Shown piece after piece: positions 29,995 to 42,558 of a DNA stretch of 64,000 nucleotides (its first letter is position 1; every line of letters begins with the position of its first letter). The notes beneath the pieces were generated by a model. It was given only the letters and a program-made list of their open reading frames with translations. It was not told where the DNA came from and ran no database searches. The position numbers and the translations under genes were made by a program. Source of the stretch: an uncultured Desulfatitalea sp. (GTDB taxonomy: Bacteria > Desulfobacterota > Desulfobacteria > Desulfobacterales > Desulfosarcinaceae). The stretch lies in the NCBI GenBank assembly GCA_963668675.2, contig CAXXMB010000002.1, forward strand, positions 1,728,001 through 1,792,000, given 5' to 3'.

Positions 29995-32900
29995 ATGGAG
30001 ACATTAGACGTGAAGGTGAGCGGCAAAAATATTCTCCGGTACCTACCCCTTTTGAAGGCGGCTCTCGGCAGAATCGGTCGGGCACAAACCTATGCCGACG
30101 ACGAGGCACCGTTGCGATCGGAGCTGTTCAGCAGCGACCACATGAAGCTGCATGGCAAAGCGCTGGCGCATTCTCACAAGCTGAGCCTGGGAAGCGCTTC
30201 GGACCAACTTTTGACACGCTTGGCCGAGAATGAAGCCATCCTGATCAACGTCCACCATCTGTTGACAGAGGCCGTTAAGAACAACCGCCGAAGTGCGCCG
30301 GCCGAAGAATGGCTGCTCGACAACTTCTATTTGATCGAAGAACAGATTCGAACGGCGAAGCGGCATCTTCCCAAGGGATACAGCCGGGAACTGCCGTGTT
30401 TGCGCAACGGCCCATCGGCAGGGTTCCCGGGTGTTTACGACATCGCGCTGGAGATCATTTCGCACGGCGATGGGCGGGCAGACCCGGAAAGTCTGACCAC
30501 TTTCGTTGCCGCCTACCAAACGGTGACCGTCCTGAAGCTTGGTGAACTGTGGGCCATCCCCATCATGTTGCGCCTGGCCCTGATCGAGAACGTTCGGCGG
30601 GTGACCGTCCGCATCGCGGCCGACAGGGTCGAGCACAACCGTGCTACCCATTGGGCCGACTTGATGATGCAGACCGCCGCCAAGGACCCCAAGGGGCTGA
30701 TTCTGGTGGTCGCCGACATGGCACGCTCCGACCCCCCGATGGCGGGGCCGTTTGTCGCGGAACTTGCACGCCGCCTGCAGGGCCAGGGGGCCGCCCTGAC
30801 CCTGCCCCTGACGTGGATTGAACAGCGGTTGGCCGAGTCCGGCAAGACCATCGAACAGTTGGTGAGCGCCGAGAACCAGCAACAGGCGGCCGACCAGGTC
30901 TCGATGAGCAACAGCATCGGCAGCCTGCGTTTCCTGGGCGCGATGGATTGGCGTGAGTTCGTCGAGACGATGAGCATTGTCGAGCAGACCCTGATGGAGG
31001 ATCCCGGCGATGTTTATGGCAAGATGGATTTCGTCACCCGTGACCGCTACCGCCACGTCGTGGAAAAGCTCGCAAGAAAAAGCCCCCACACCGAGAGCGA
31101 GGTGGCGCGCAAAGCAATTGTGCTGGCACAGGAAGGCCATGCGTTGAAAGGCGCCGATGACCGCGCGGCGCATGTCGGGTTCTACCTGATCGACGAGGGG
31201 CTGGCGCAGCTCGAACAAAGCGCGCGGGTGCATATAACGCCGGCGGCGGTGATCAGCGCGTTTTTCCGCCGGTTTGCGTTGCCGGCATACACCGGCACCA
31301 TTCTGCTGATCACGGCAATTGTCGCCGGGGGATTCGTGGTCAAGGCGCATGCCGATGGGGTGCGGGGCTGGGTTCTCGGTCTGCTCGGACTGCTATTGCT
31401 TCTGAGCGCCGGTCATCTGGCGGTGGCCCTGGTGAACTGGCTGGCCACGTTGCTGGCAGCCCCGCGCCCGCTGCCGCGCATGGATTTTTCAGAAGGGATA
31501 CCCCAACAATTGCGTACGCTGGTGGTGGTTCCGACCATGCTTACGAGCGTTGCGGCCATCGAAAAGCTGATCGAGGCCTTGGAGGTCCGCTTCCTGGCCA
31601 ATCGGGACGAGCATCTGCACTTCGGTCTGCTCACTGATTTTCGCGACGCTGTCACAGAAACGCTGCCGGAAGACGAACCCTTGCTGCGATTGGCCCGGCA
31701 GAGAATCGAAGCACTGAACGAAAAGTACCTGAATCCGGAAAGCGCTCCCTTTTTCCTGTTTCATCGCCCGCGCCGGTGGAATCCGCTGGACCGGATCTGG
31801 ATGGGGTACGAGCGCAAGCGCGGCAAGCTCACGGATTTGAATGGGCTTTTGCGTGGCGGGGCCCATGGCAACCCGGGGGATGCTTTCGCGCTGGTCATTG
31901 GTGACACGCGCGTTTTGGCGAACATCATATATGTGATCACCCTGGATACCGATACCCAGCTGGCGCGCGATTCGGCCTGGCAGTTTGTGGGCGCCATGGC
32001 GCACCCGCTCAATCGCGCGCGCTACGACGAAAGCCGGCAACGGGTCGTTACGGGTTACGGTATTCTTCAGCCTCGGGTGGCGGTGGGTCTGTCCGGCACG
32101 AATCGGTCGCGGTATGCGCGCATGTGCGCCAGTGAGCCCGGCATCGATCCATATACGCGCACCGTTTCCGATGTTTACCAGGACCTGTTCGGCGAAGGCT
32201 CGTTCATCGGCAAGGGGATTTATGAGGTGGATGCATTCGAACGGGCGTTGGCCGGGCGCCTGCCGGACAACCTGATCCTCAGCCACGATCTTCTGGAAGG
32301 ATGTTATGCCCGGGCCGGATTGTTGAGCGATGTGCAGTTGTACGAGGAATATCCATCGCGCTACAGCGAGGATGTGAGTCGCCGGCATCGTTGGATTCGC
32401 GGCGATTGGCAGATTGCACGCTGGCTGTTGCCGGATATTCCCGTCCCCAATGCGCGCCTGCGCAAGAATCCGCTCTCGATGCTATCCCGCTGGAAGATCT
32501 TCGACAACCTGCGGCGCAGTCTGATCGCCGCGCTGTTGACCATCCTGCTGCTGTTGGGCTGGACCGCGTTGCCATCCGCCTGGTTCTGGACACTGGCCGC
32601 GATCGGAATCCTCCTGATGCCTGCCTTGATCGCCTCGGCCCTGAGTGTGCTTCGCAAACCCAGCGATGTGACCCTGGGCCAGCACGTTTCGGCGGAGGCG
32701 CGTACGGCCCGCGGCGCCTTATTTCAGGCTGTATTCATGCTCGCATGCCTGCCCTACGAAGCGTTTTTCAGTCTGGATGCGGTGGTGCGTGCCGGCTGGC
32801 GGATGCTGATCACGCATAAGCGATTGCTCCAATGGAACTTGGAGGACGATGCTGAGCGCCAAGGCCGTGCGGATCTCGCCGCCTCCTGGCGATCCATGTG

Positions 32901-35900
32901 GTTTGCACCGCTCCTGGCAGCTGGCGCGGGGATTTACCTGTCTGTTGCGAGACCGGACGCCCTGGCTTCAGCGGGACCTGTCCTGGGCCTCTGGCTTGCT
33001 TCGCCCGCCATCGCATGGTGGATCAGTCAACCGATCGCGCGCCGCCGCGAGAAGCTGACAACCGATCAAACGCTCTTTCTGCGCAAGCTTGCCAGGAAAA
33101 CCTGGTCCTTCTTCGAGACCTTCGTAGGTCCGCAAGACCACTGGCTGCCGCCGGACAATTTTCAGGAGCACCCGAGCCCCGTGGTTGCGCACCGCACATC
33201 GCCGACCAACATGGGCCTTGCGCTGCTGGCCAACTTGTCTGCATACGATCTTGGCTATATCTCAGCCGGTGAACTCGTTGAACTTACGGCCAAGGCGCTG
33301 GACACCATTAAAGCCCTGGAGCGACATCGCGGTCACTTCTACAACTGGTACGACACCCAATCGCTCAAACCGCTGTCGCCCAGATACATTTCATCGGTGG
33401 ACAGCGGCAACCTGGCGGGCCATCTACTGACCTTGCGACCGGCGCTGCTGGCGCTCGCCGACCACAAAATCCTTGGAGAGCGATGGTTCGAGGGCTTAAG
33501 CGACACGCTCGGGATTGTGGCGGATGCCGCGGCTGCCACCGCGCAACCGTGTGCGCCGATCGAGCTCGCGCAGCTTCGGAAGGATCTGGCGTCAACAGCC
33601 CATTCCCATCCCACCACGCTCATGGCTTCGCGACAGAATCTCGATCGATTGGCAACGTCCGCCGAAGCGTTGGTCGACGGCATCGAAGCAAGCGACCCGG
33701 ACCCGGAAAGTCAATTGCGGTGGTGGGCGCGCGCGTTCGCCGGGCAGTGCCGCGATGCCCTAAATGAACTTACGCTGCTTGCGCCGTGGGCAGAGCGCCG
33801 CTCTTTTCCAGACCGAATGGAAAACCTTCCCGATTTCGAAACGATCCCGACCCTGCAGGAACTGGCGACCCTGGACGCTGCATCGCCGCCGGCCATCGTC
33901 CAGCAACAGACCGTTTCCGGCCAATCGGAGGAGAGCGCCTGGCTGAATGAACTTCAGCCGCTCATGGCGGACGCCGGTCAGCACGCCCGAAAACGGCTTG
34001 CGGTGATCAAGCGGCTTGCCCTGGAATGCGACCTGCTGGCCCGGATGGAGTATGACTTTTTGTTTGACGAGAAGCGCCATTTGCTGGCGATCGGCTACAA
34101 TGTCGATGAGCACCGGCGAGACGCGAGTTACTACGATTTGCTGGCTTCGGAAGCGAGGTTTGCAAGTTTTGTGGCGATCGCCCAGGGACAACTGCCCCAG
34201 GAGAGCTGGTTCGCCCTGGGACGTTCGCTCACCATAGCCGGTGGAGATCCGATCCTGCTGTCGTGGAGTGGTTCGATGTTCGAATACCTGATGCCGCTGT
34301 TGGTGATGCCGACCTACGAGCACACGCTGCTCGACCAGACCTATAAGGCGGCGGTGGCCAGGCAGATCGCATATGGCAAAAAGCGCGGCGTACCGTGGGG
34401 CATTTCGGAATCCGGTTACAATGCCATCGATGTGCATCTCAACTACCAATATCGTGCCTTTGGCGTTCCCGGGCTGGGGCTCAAACGCGGGCTGGCCGAG
34501 GACCTGGTGATTGCACCCTATGCCTCGGCACTGGCGCTGATGGTGGTGCCCGAGCAGGCGTGTTTGAACCTTGCGCGACTCGCGGCGGAAGGCTTTGAAA
34601 CCCGGTATGGCTTCTATGAGGCCATCGACTACACGCCAGCGCGCCTTCCGCGCGGACAATCGAGGGTCGCGGTGCGCTCTTTCATGGCCCACCACCAGGG
34701 AATGAGTCTGGTGTCCTTGGCAAACCTTCTTCTGGACCGCCCAATGCAGAAGCGCTTTGCGTCGGTTCCCTCGTTCCAGGCGACCATGCTGCTGCTCCAG
34801 GAACGAATTCCCAAGGCGACAACGTTCTATGCGCATACCACCGAGCTGTCCGAACATCATATGGTTCCCAGCGCAACGGAGCCGCCGATACGCGTTTTTA
34901 CAAATCCCGACACGCCGTACCCGGAAGTGCAGCTGCTCTCCAACGGCCACTACCACGTGATGATCACCAATGCCGGCGGCGGATACAGCCGCTGGAAGGA
35001 TTTGGCTGTCACCCGTTGGCGCGAAGACCGTACCTGCGACAACTGGGGCACGTTCTGTTACCTCCAGGACGTGTCCAGCAGGGAGTTCTGGTCGACCGCC
35101 TATCAGCCCACGCTCAAACGATCGAAGCCGGTTGAGGCGATCTTCTCGGAAGGGCGCGCCGAGTTCCGCGGCCGCGAGCACGGCTATGACACCCATACCG
35201 AGATCGCCGTTTCCCCCGAGGATGACATTGAACTGCGCCGCGTTCGCATCACCAACCGTGCGCCGACGCGCCGGGCGATCGATATTACCAGTTATGCGGA
35301 GGTGGTTCTGGCAGCGCCTGCCGCGGACGCACTGCACCCGGCGTTCAGCAATCTGTTTGTGCAGACCGAGCTCCTGCCCCGGCAGCAAGCGATCCTGTGC
35401 ACCCGCCGGCCCCGCTCCCAGGGCGAGCAGGCGCCCTGGATGTTGCATCTGATGGCCGTGCATGGGGCGACGCTTGGAGATGTCTCCTATGGGACCGATC
35501 GCATGCAGTTCATCGGCCGAGGTAATACCGTCGCCGATCCGCAAGCGGTGACGGGGGGGGCGCACTATTTTACCGGGGCGCTGTCGGGCAGCCAGGGCTC
35601 GGTGCTCGATCCGATTGTCGCCATCCGCTGCCGGATCACCCTGGATCCCGACGAATCGGCAACCATCAACATCGTCTCGGGCATCGCTGAAACCCGAGAT
35701 GCGGCGATTCACCTGGTGGACAAATACCTGGACCGGCGCCTGGCGGATCGCGTCCTTGATCTGGCCTGGACCCATAGCCAGGTGTTGCTGCGCCAGCTCA
35801 ATGCCTCACAGGCCGACACCCAACTCTATGGGCGCCTGGCCGGTTTGATCATCTACGCCAATGCAGCGCTGCGTGCCGACCCGGGCGTGCTGATCAAGAA

Positions 35901-38787
35901 CCGCCGGGGGCAATCCGGTCTCTGGGGATACGCCATCTCCGGCGATCTGCCGATTGTGCTGCTGCGAATCGAAGATCCGGCCAATATCGATCTCGTGCGT
36001 CAACTCTTGCAAGCACACACCTACTGGCGCCTTAAGGGACTGGCAGTGGACCTGGTGATTTGGAACGAGGATCACAGCGGCTACCGGCAACTGCTGCACG
36101 ACCAGATCATGGGGCTCATCACCGCGGGCGGCGAAGCCGGCCTGACGGATCGGCCGGGCGGAATTTTCGTCCGGCCCAGCGACCGGATCGCCGAGGAAGA
36201 CCGCATCCTGATCCAAACGGTGGCGCGCGCCATCTTCAGCGACCGACAGGGGTCGCTGGCGGACCAGATCAACCGACAAACTCCGGCAGAAGCCCCGATG
36301 CCGCGCCTTAGCACGACCCGCACGCACCGCTCCGAACCCCTGCCCGTGTCCGCCTTGCCGCGCCCCGATCTGTTGTTTTTCAACGGCACGGGCGGATTTA
36401 CCCCGGATGGGCGCGAGTATGTCATTACGACCGCCCAAGGGCAGGAGACGCCGGCACCTTGGGCCAATGTGCTGGCCAATCCGAACTTCGGCAGCGTCAT
36501 TTCAGAGAGCGGGCTCGGCTATACCTGGTGCGAGAATGCCCACGAGTTCCGCCTCACGCCCTGGGGCAACGACCCGGTCAGCGATTCGAGCGGAGAGGCG
36601 ATTTATCTCCGTGACGAAGAGCGCGGGCATTTCTGGTCGCCCACCCCCCTGCCCATTCGGGGAACGATGCCCTACGTCACCCGGCACGGCTTTGGCTACA
36701 GCGTTTTCGAGCACACCGAGCGTGGCATCCATTCGGAGCTGTGGGTATACGTGGCCCTGGACGCGCCGATCAAGTTCATGGTGATCAAGGTGCGCAACGA
36801 GTCGGGTCGATCCCGTCGACTCTCCGCGACCGGATACGCGGAATGGGTGCTGGGCGACCTTCGGCCCAAGTCGGCCCCGCACGTGATCACCGAAATTGAT
36901 CCGCTCAGCGGCGCCCTGTTCGCGCGAAACCCCTATAACACCGAATTCCCCGACCGGGTGGCTTTCTTCGACGTGGACGATACGACCCGCACCGTTAGCG
37001 GCAATCGCACCGAATTCCTGGGGCGCAACGGTTCGTTGCGACGCCCGGCGGCGATGCTGCGAACGCGCCTTTCCGGCAGGTTGGGAGCCGCGCTTGATCC
37101 CTGCGCCGCGATCCAAGTGGCCTTCGATCTATCAGACGGGCAAGAACGCGAGATCATCTTCCGGCTCGGCGTCGGTCGCGATGTGGATGACACCCGGAAT
37201 CTGGTCCATCGCTTTAAAGGATCACCTGCTGCGCGGGACGCATTGGAAGAGGTATGGCGACACTGGAAGCACACCCTCGGCGCGGTAAATGTGGAAACGC
37301 CCGACCCGGCGCTCAATGTGTTGGCCAACGGCTGGCTGATGTACCAGACCCTGGCCTGCCGCCTGTGGGCGCGCAGCGCCATCTACCAGTCGGGGGGCGC
37401 CTTCGGGTTTCGCGATCAGTTGCAGGACGTGATGGCGCTCATTTACGCCCGGCCGCACCTGGTGCGCGAGCATCTGCTGCGGTGCGCCTCCCGTCAATTC
37501 CCGGAAGGAGATGTCCAGCATTGGTGGCATCCGCCGACAGGTCGCGGGGTGCGTACGCGCTGTTCGGATGATTACCTCTGGCTGCCCGTGGCGACCAGCC
37601 GCTATGTCCTGACCACCGGGGATACCGGCGTGTTGGACGAGTCCATCCCTTTCCTGCAAGGCCGACAGCTGAACGCGGAAGAAGAGTCCTATTACGATCT
37701 GCCCGAGCACTCCGAAGCGTCGGCCACGCTTTACGAGCATTGTGCGCACGCCATCGGCAACAGCCTCGAATTCGGCGCCCATGGCCTGCCGTTGATCGGC
37801 TCCGGTGACTGGAACGACGGCATGAACCTGGTGGGCGAACACGGCAAGGGAGAAAGCGTCTGGTTGGGGTTTTTCCTTTATGACGTACTTATGCAGTTCA
37901 CGAAGGTTGCCCAGGCCCGGAGCGACCTGTCCATGGTCGAACGTTGCCAAAAAGAGGCCGCCGGGTTGCGGCGGAATCTCGAACAGAATGGATGGGATGG
38001 CGGGTGGTACCGCCGCGCCTACTTCGACGACGGCACTCCGCTTGGGTCGTCGAAAAATCCCGAGTGCCAGATTGATTCGATTGCGCAAAGCTGGTCTGTC
38101 CTTTCGGGTGCGGGAGATCATGAGCGTTCACGAAGGGCCATGGAAGCGGTGGATGCGCGTCTCGTTCGCCGCGAGCACGGACTGGTCCAACTGCTGGATC
38201 CGCCTTTCGATCAGTCAGGGCTGAATCCCGGCTACATCAAGGGGTACGTCCCCGGCGTGAGAGAAAACGGCGGCCAGTACACCCATGCGGCCATCTGGGC
38301 AGCCATGGCCTTCGCTCGGCTGAAGGACAGCCAGCGCGCGTGGGAGCTCTTTACCATGATCAACCCGGTGAATCATGCCCTGTCGAGCGATGCGACGGCC
38401 ACCTACAAAGTCGAACCCTACGTGGTTTCCGCCGATGTCTATGCGGTGGCGCCGCACACCGGCCGCGGCGGATGGACGTGGTACACGGGCTCGGCCGCCT
38501 GGATGTACCGGCTGATCGTGGAATCGCTGCTGGGTTTGAGACTGGAAGTAGACAAACTGACGATAACCCCCTGCTTTCATGTGGATTGGGAGGCCTTTAA
38601 GGTGCACTACCGATATCGGGAAACGGTCTACCACATCACGGTCAGGCAGACGGATGGAGTCAAAAACGGGGCGAAGGTGACCGTTGACGGCGTCAAGCAA
38701 CCCGACAAGTCGATTCCCCTTATTGATGACCGGCGGGACCACAACGTAGAGGTTCGATTAACAGGGAGACCGGATAATGAAACTTAA
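29995..38787 (+). CDS. ndvB: Cyclic beta-1,2-glucan synthase (GT84 + GH94 phosphorylase domain)
   Basis: 2930 aa; [76 protein letters not shown]. Confidence 0.95.
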   Translation: METLDVKVSGKNILRYLPLLKAALGRIGRAQTYADDEAPLRSELFSSDHMKLHGKALAHSHKLSLGSASDQLLTRLAENEAILINVHHLLTEAVKNNRRSAPAEEWLLDNFYLIEEQIRTAKRHLPKGYSRELPCLRNGPSAGFPGVYDIALEIISHGDGRADPESLTTFVAAYQTVTVLKLGELWAIPIMLRLALIENVRRVTVRIAADRVEHNRATHWADLMMQTAAKDPKGLILVVADMARSDPPMAGPFVAELARRLQGQGAALTLPLTWIEQRLAESGKTIEQLVSAENQQQAADQVSMSNSIGSLRFLGAMDWREFVETMSIVEQTLMEDPGDVYGKMDFVTRDRYRHVVEKLARKSPHTESEVARKAIVLAQEGHALKGADDRAAHVGFYLIDEGLAQLEQSARVHITPAAVISAFFRRFALPAYTGTILLITAIVAGGFVVKAHADGVRGWVLGLLGLLLLLSAGHLAVALVNWLATLLAAPRPLPRMDFSEGIPQQLRTLVVVPTMLTSVAAIEKLIEALEVRFLANRDEHLHFGLLTDFRDAVTETLPEDEPLLRLARQRIEALNEKYLNPESAPFFLFHRPRRWNPLDRIWMGYERKRGKLTDLNGLLRGGAHGNPGDAFALVIGDTRVLANIIYVITLDTDTQLARDSAWQFVGAMAHPLNRARYDESRQRVVTGYGILQPRVAVGLSGTNRSRYARMCASEPGIDPYTRTVSDVYQDLFGEGSFIGKGIYEVDAFERALAGRLPDNLILSHDLLEGCYARAGLLSDVQLYEEYPSRYSEDVSRRHRWIRGDWQIARWLLPDIPVPNARLRKNPLSMLSRWKIFDNLRRSLIAALLTILLLLGWTALPSAWFWTLAAIGILLMPALIASALSVLRKPSDVTLGQHVSAEARTARGALFQAVFMLACLPYEAFFSLDAVVRAGWRMLITHKRLLQWNLEDDAERQGRADLAASWRSMWFAPLLAAGAGIYLSVARPDALASAGPVLGLWLASPAIAWWISQPIARRREKLTTDQTLFLRKLARKTWSFFETFVGPQDHWLPPDNFQEHPSPVVAHRTSPTNMGLALLANLSAYDLGYISAGELVELTAKALDTIKALERHRGHFYNWYDTQSLKPLSPRYISSVDSGNLAGHLLTLRPALLALADHKILGERWFEGLSDTLGIVADAAAATAQPCAPIELAQLRKDLASTAHSHPTTLMASRQNLDRLATSAEALVDGIEASDPDPESQLRWWARAFAGQCRDALNELTLLAPWAERRSFPDRMENLPDFETIPTLQELATLDAASPPAIVQQQTVSGQSEESAWLNELQPLMADAGQHARKRLAVIKRLALECDLLARMEYDFLFDEKRHLLAIGYNVDEHRRDASYYDLLASEARFASFVAIAQGQLPQESWFALGRSLTIAGGDPILLSWSGSMFEYLMPLLVMPTYEHTLLDQTYKAAVARQIAYGKKRGVPWGISESGYNAIDVHLNYQYRAFGVPGLGLKRGLAEDLVIAPYASALALMVVPEQACLNLARLAAEGFETRYGFYEAIDYTPARLPRGQSRVAVRSFMAHHQGMSLVSLANLLLDRPMQKRFASVPSFQATMLLLQERIPKATTFYAHTTELSEHHMVPSATEPPIRVFTNPDTPYPEVQLLSNGHYHVMITNAGGGYSRWKDLAVTRWREDRTCDNWGTFCYLQDVSSREFWSTAYQPTLKRSKPVEAIFSEGRAEFRGREHGYDTHTEIAVSPEDDIELRRVRITNRAPTRRAIDITSYAEVVLAAPAADALHPAFSNLFVQTELLPRQQAILCTRRPRSQGEQAPWMLHLMAVHGATLGDVSYGTDRMQFIGRGNTVADPQAVTGGAHYFTGALSGSQGSVLDPIVAIRCRITLDPDESATINIVSGIAETRDAAIHLVDKYLDRRLADRVLDLAWTHSQVLLRQLNASQADTQLYGRLAGLIIYANAALRADPGVLIKNRRGQSGLWGYAISGDLPIVLLRIEDPANIDLVRQLLQAHTYWRLKGLAVDLVIWNEDHSGYRQLLHDQIMGLITAGGEAGLTDRPGGIFVRPSDRIAEEDRILIQTVARAIFSDRQGSLADQINRQTPAEAPMPRLSTTRTHRSEPLPVSALPRPDLLFFNGTGGFTPDGREYVITTAQGQETPAPWANVLANPNFGSVISESGLGYTWCENAHEFRLTPWGNDPVSDSSGEAIYLRDEERGHFWSPTPLPIRGTMPYVTRHGFGYSVFEHTERGIHSELWVYVALDAPIKFMVIKVRNESGRSRRLSATGYAEWVLGDLRPKSAPHVITEIDPLSGALFARNPYNTEFPDRVAFFDVDDTTRTVSGNRTEFLGRNGSLRRPAAMLRTRLSGRLGAALDPCAAIQVAFDLSDGQEREIIFRLGVGRDVDDTRNLVHRFKGSPAARDALEEVWRHWKHTLGAVNVETPDPALNVLANGWLMYQTLACRLWARSAIYQSGGAFGFRDQLQDVMALIYARPHLVREHLLRCASRQFPEGDVQHWWHPPTGRGVRTRCSDDYLWLPVATSRYVLTTGDTGVLDESIPFLQGRQLNAEEESYYDLPEHSEASATLYEHCAHAIGNSLEFGAHGLPLIGSGDWNDGMNLVGEHGKGESVWLGFFLYDVLMQFTKVAQARSDLSMVERCQKEAAGLRRNLEQNGWDGGWYRRAYFDDGTPLGSSKNPECQIDSIAQSWSVLSGAGDHERSRRAMEAVDARLVRREHGLVQLLDPPFDQSGLNPGYIKGYVPGVRENGGQYTHAAIWAAMAFARLKDSQRAWELFTMINPVNHALSSDATATYKVEPYVVSADVYAVAPHTGRGGWTWYTGSAAWMYRLIVESLLGLRLEVDKLTITPCFHVDWEAFKVHYRYRETVYHITVRQTDGVKNGAKVTVDGVKQPDKSIPLIDDRRDHNVEVRLTGRPDNET

Positions 38788-39266
38788 TGAAATCACCAGA
38801 GGCACGGGACTTGAAGCAGATGGAATCAAGAAGGCGAACGTTATTTACCGGACACCGCCGACATCGGTACTCTATGAGCAAATCGTGATACGCTGCGAAG
38901 GACTGCTTTCCCATTTGGGGCTGTGGCGGTCACGCCGCCAATATTATCATGCTCACTTGCGATGCCTTCGGCGTATTGCCTCCGATCGTCCGCGTGACGC
39001 CTGAACAGGCCATGTTTCACTTCCTCTCCGTCTATACCGCCAAGGTGGCCGGAACAGAGGCCGGTGTCTTTGAAAAGGACGCCTTCTTCGGACTGGATAT
39101 CCCCACAAGCTGCGACGGAGTGCCCGGCGATGTGCTCAACCCTCGCAATACCTGGGATGACAGGAAGATGTATGATGAGGCGGCAACCCGTCTTGTGGCA
39201 ATGTTCAAGGGAAATTTCAAGAAGTACGCGCCCAATGTCACGGCTGATGTGGCGAATGCCATGTAA
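38777..39266 (+). pseudogene. pckA: ATP-dependent PEP carboxykinase with two large internal deletions
   Basis: N-terminus (LYEQ...EGLLSHLG), middle (NIIMLTCDAFGVLPP...YTAKVAGTEAGV) and C-terminus (FFGLDIP...LNPRNTW) are directly joined. Confidence 0.88.
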
Positions 39267-39338
39267 ACGGAACTATGCAGGGGGCTTTTCTTAAAATAGG
39301 GGAGAATGATGAAAGATGATACGAGACATAAAATTGAA

Positions 39339-40420
39339 TTCGGTTCTCTATAAAGCTCCAGTTCCAAGAAAGTGCTCCGATAAGGGGTCCATATCCCAAG
39401 GGATATTCTTCCATGGGATCTTTGGAGATCGCACCACTTGCTGAACGATGCGCATGAACTTTTTGCCAATGTTCTTTGATTTGCGACGATTGAATCGAAA
39501 CACGTATTCATCGAGATAGTTTAGAAGGTACTTCGGCTCAAATCTCCCCTGGTAAGTGCCTCTGATCAAGCGCTTTACCAGTGTTGTTACCAAATGGACT
39601 CCGTATAGGTTTTCATTGTCGCTGGTCCTGCTTTGATTCGTTGACCTATGGGTAAATTGTTCTTTGTCAATTATTTGGTAGCCTGACCATGTATCCGTTA
39701 CTATGGTTGCGCCGGGCTCGATATTATCGAGGATGAAGGTTTCAAGCGAGTAGCCTGAGCACTCAAGGGCGATATTCAAACGAACACGGCCAATTTTCTT
39801 TTGGATTGGGCATCGTTCCACCGCCACAGCCACGATGGTTTTGCCTTCAGAGCCACGGCCACGTTTGCCTGAACGGTAACCGCCAACGAAAAACTCATCT
39901 ACTTCTACTCGGCCGGACAGTTTTTCGCGACATTGGCGGATGGTACATCGTCTGAGTTTTTGAAGCCAGGTCCAAGTGGTTCCGTAACTGCCAAGGCCCA
40001 GCAACTCTTTCAAGTTTGTTGCATTGATCCCTGACTTTCTTGTGGTAAACCACCACATGGCTTTGAACCAGTAGGTAATCGGCTTTTTGCAGCTGTCCAT
40101 AGTCGTTCCAGCGGTCAATGAGTGCTGGTGTTGGCATTTTTGGCAAATATATCGGTTGCGCGAAGCTGCCCAGTAATGCTTATGCGCACATGCTTTACAG
40201 ACGAAACCTTCAGGCCAGTTTTGTTTGAACAAATATTCGTAGCATGCTCCTGGATTTGAAAACCGTGCATCAAACTCAATCTCAGATTTTGGGAAATCTT
40301 CGGTGATTTTAAATTCTGCCATATCAACCTCCTTTTATGGGTTATATGGCTGTTATAGCACTCTGGTGTGACAGATACGGTCACACCTTTCAGACAACTG
40401 GAGCTTTATAACGAAGCGAA
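39339..40420 (-). mobile_element. IS1595-family insertion sequence, complete
   Basis: 25-bp imperfect TIRs TTCGGTTCTCTATAAAGCTCCAGTT / AACTGGAGCTTTATAACGAAGCGAA flanking the transposase. Confidence 0.92.
39348..40322 (-). CDS. IS1595-family transposase
   Basis: Zn ribbon CKAC..CQKC, VEVDEFFVGG, TDTWSGY, YLDEYVFRFNRR. Confidence 0.95.
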   Translation of the reverse strand: MAEFKITEDFPKSEIEFDARFSNPGACYEYLFKQNWPEGFVCKACAHKHYWAASRNRYICQKCQHQHSLTAGTTMDSCKKPITYWFKAMWWFTTRKSGINATNLKELLGLGSYGTTWTWLQKLRRCTIRQCREKLSGRVEVDEFFVGGYRSGKRGRGSEGKTIVAVAVERCPIQKKIGRVRLNIALECSGYSLETFILDNIEPGATIVTDTWSGYQIIDKEQFTHRSTNQSRTSDNENLYGVHLVTTLVKRLIRGTYQGRFEPKYLLNYLDEYVFRFNRRKSKNIGKKFMRIVQQVVRSPKIPWKNIPWDMDPLSEHFLGTGAL

Positions 40421-40482
40421 TATTTTAATAAAACAGCAGGCGCGAAGTTTACCGTCACTCAGAAATAGAAGGAAATATAAAA

Positions 40483-41406
40483 ATGCAGACAAACAAAAGA
40501 ATGCTGAAGTGGTTGTTTTTTACGCTGATTGTGCTTTTCCCTTGGGCATCCAATGGATTCGCCGGGCCATTCGATGAAATCGTCGCCTTCGGAGACAGTT
40601 TATCCGATAACGGCAACCTCGTATTGGTGGAAAACCAACCCTTACCCGATTCAGCGCTTTATTTCGAAGGCCGTTTTTCCAACGGCCGGATCTGGGTCGA
40701 ATATCTGGCCGATCCGGAACGGTTGGATGCGCCCTTAACCAACCGGGCGTTGGGCGGCGCGCAAAGCGATGGACTCTTGCCACCGGGCCTGATTGAACAG
40801 GTGGCCACCCATATCGCCACCGACGGCTTCCAGCTATCGTCCAGCACACTTTTCATCATCTGGATCGGCGGCAATGACTATTTTAATGCAGACAGTGATT
40901 TTCCGCCCGTGGTGGCCAACATCAAGGATGCCATGGAGCGGTTGGTGGAATTCGGGGCAAGGCATATACTGGTAATGAATCTGCCAGATCTGGGAACAAT
41001 TCCCGACACCCTGGGTACACCGGAAGCCGCTGAGGCCACGGCGTTTTCGACTGGTTTCAACACCGCATTGCGCAATATGCTCGATACATTCAGCTCCGAA
41101 TATCCGGAGGTTGACCTGTACGAATTTGATGTATTGGCTTTTTTTGTGATGATCCAAAGCGATCCCGGCGCCTTCGGCTTCAGCAATGTAACCGATCCAT
41201 CTCCGAATTTTCAGGTTGAGAACAATTTTGACGGCGCCGGCCATGTGTTCTGGGATGACAAGCATCCTACAACTCAAACCCACTCCCTCCTTGCGGATCA
41301 GGTTTTTACGAGCTTAAGTGAACAAATTCCACCGGCCGGAACCAACAATGAGGTCCAAAATGAGGACCACAGCTCCACATGTTTCATCAATTCCTTGAAT
41401 TGGTAA
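40483..41406 (+). CDS. Secreted SGNH/GDSL hydrolase
   Basis: Signal peptide, FGDSLSD, GRFSNG, IGGND, FWDDKHP; C-terminal CFINSL tail. Confidence 0.93.
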   Translation: MQTNKRMLKWLFFTLIVLFPWASNGFAGPFDEIVAFGDSLSDNGNLVLVENQPLPDSALYFEGRFSNGRIWVEYLADPERLDAPLTNRALGGAQSDGLLPPGLIEQVATHIATDGFQLSSSTLFIIWIGGNDYFNADSDFPPVVANIKDAMERLVEFGARHILVMNLPDLGTIPDTLGTPEAAEATAFSTGFNTALRNMLDTFSSEYPEVDLYEFDVLAFFVMIQSDPGAFGFSNVTDPSPNFQVENNFDGAGHVFWDDKHPTTQTHSLLADQVFTSLSEQIPPAGTNNEVQNEDHSSTCFINSLNW

Positions 41407-41541
41407 AATGTATGCGGCTCTCCGGCTTTTGCAACCGTGGCGGTTCACAGGGGTCAGTCGGCCCGTAACGGCCGATGTGCCAGCGAGGGACCATGGACTT
41501 CGCATCCCGTTTCTCGAGTAGACTCTGCCACACCGCGACGA

Positions 41542-41938
41542 CATCCTCGAAAATATCGAGCCTGGTTCAACCATAGTAACGGACACATGGTCAGGGTACC
41601 AAATAATCGACAAAGAGCAATTCACTCATAGGCCAACGAATCAAAGTAAAACCAGTGACAACGAAAGCCTATATGGGGCCCACTCGGTAACAACATTGGT
41701 AAGACGCTTGATTAGAGGCACTTACCAGTGACGATTTGAACCGAAATATCTTCAAAACGATCTATATGAATATGTTTTTCGATTCAATCGTCGAAAATCA
41801 AAAAACATTGCTAAAAAGTTTATGCGCATCGGTCAGCAGGTGGTGAGATCTTCCAAGATTCCCCGGAAGAAAATTCAGCGGGATATGGATCTTTTATCAG
41901 AGCATTTCCTTGCAACTGGAGCTTTGTGGAGAACCGAA
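41542..41938 (+). mobile_element. Degenerate 3' fragment of the same IS1595, inverted
   Basis: Aligns by eye to the reverse complement of 39339-39735; in-frame TGA; retains the right TIR. Confidence 0.9.
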
Positions 41939-42172
41939 AAATTGAAATCGCTGTTGACTCGGAGTATTCGCAGGAATTCGCCAACTGGCTGAAAAAAAAG
42001 GCCATGTTGCTCCTGTCGGTAGAACGACCGAAAATTTCATTGATGGCGTCTGTACAGCCGACGATAACCATGTGAATGAGATTATGCTGCAATTGTGGGA
42101 AGAATTTCGTAGTGATGGCATTGATGTTCGTTTTTAGTGGTTGACGCAAAAAGGTTCTACCGATCCGGTCTA

Positions 42173-42538
42173 AAAGAATTAAGATCAGCCGACAAGGCGG
42201 ATTCAGGCGACGACAAATTAGCGGTCACTATCGATCGCCAGTAGCAGGAAGGAGGTGATACATATGCCAAATAAAGATGGAACTGGACCCAAAGGTCAGG
42301 GACCGAAAGACGGTCATGGTAAAGGCAAGGGAAAGGGCAAGGGCAACAGTTCTGGTCAAGGTCCGATGACTGGAGGAAAGAAAGGAAGTAAGGAAGAAAC
42401 CAAAAAGTAAGCCAGTTTTAAAAACGAGAATTGAGGGCTTACGAACAATTGCCTGAGCGCAGACCAAAAAGGCCGGGGCTAACATTATCGTTGGTCTTCA
42501 TGTCTTGTTTCCCGGCCTTTTTTGGCCGCTTATGCGGA
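42173..42538 (+). repeat. 366-bp perfect direct repeat, copy 1
   Basis: Base-for-base identical to 58523-58888. Confidence 0.97.
42264..42410 (+). CDS. 48-aa Gly/Lys-rich small protein (DUF5320-like), copy 1
   Basis: AAGGAGGTG SD; MPNKDGTGPKGQGP...GQGPMTG; below the ORF-track cutoff. Confidence 0.8.
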   Translation: MPNKDGTGPKGQGPKDGHGKGKGKGKGNSSGQGPMTGGKKGSKEETKK

Positions 42539-42547
42539 GTGTTTTAA
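42440..42547 (+). other. Degenerate attC-like imperfect palindrome, copy 1
   Basis: TACGAAC...CCAAAAAGGCCGGG...CCCGGCCTTTTTTGG...GCTTATGCGGAGT-GTT; could also act as a terminator. Confidence 0.5.
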
Positions 42548-42558
42548 AGGGAGGTTTC

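Larger units (their letters stand above)
39339..41938. mobile_element. IS1595 composite transposon carrying a GDSL hydrolase
   Basis: Outer ends are two inverted IS right ends flanked by an 8-bp direct repeat AAATTGAA (39331-39338, 41939-41946). Confidence 0.85.
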
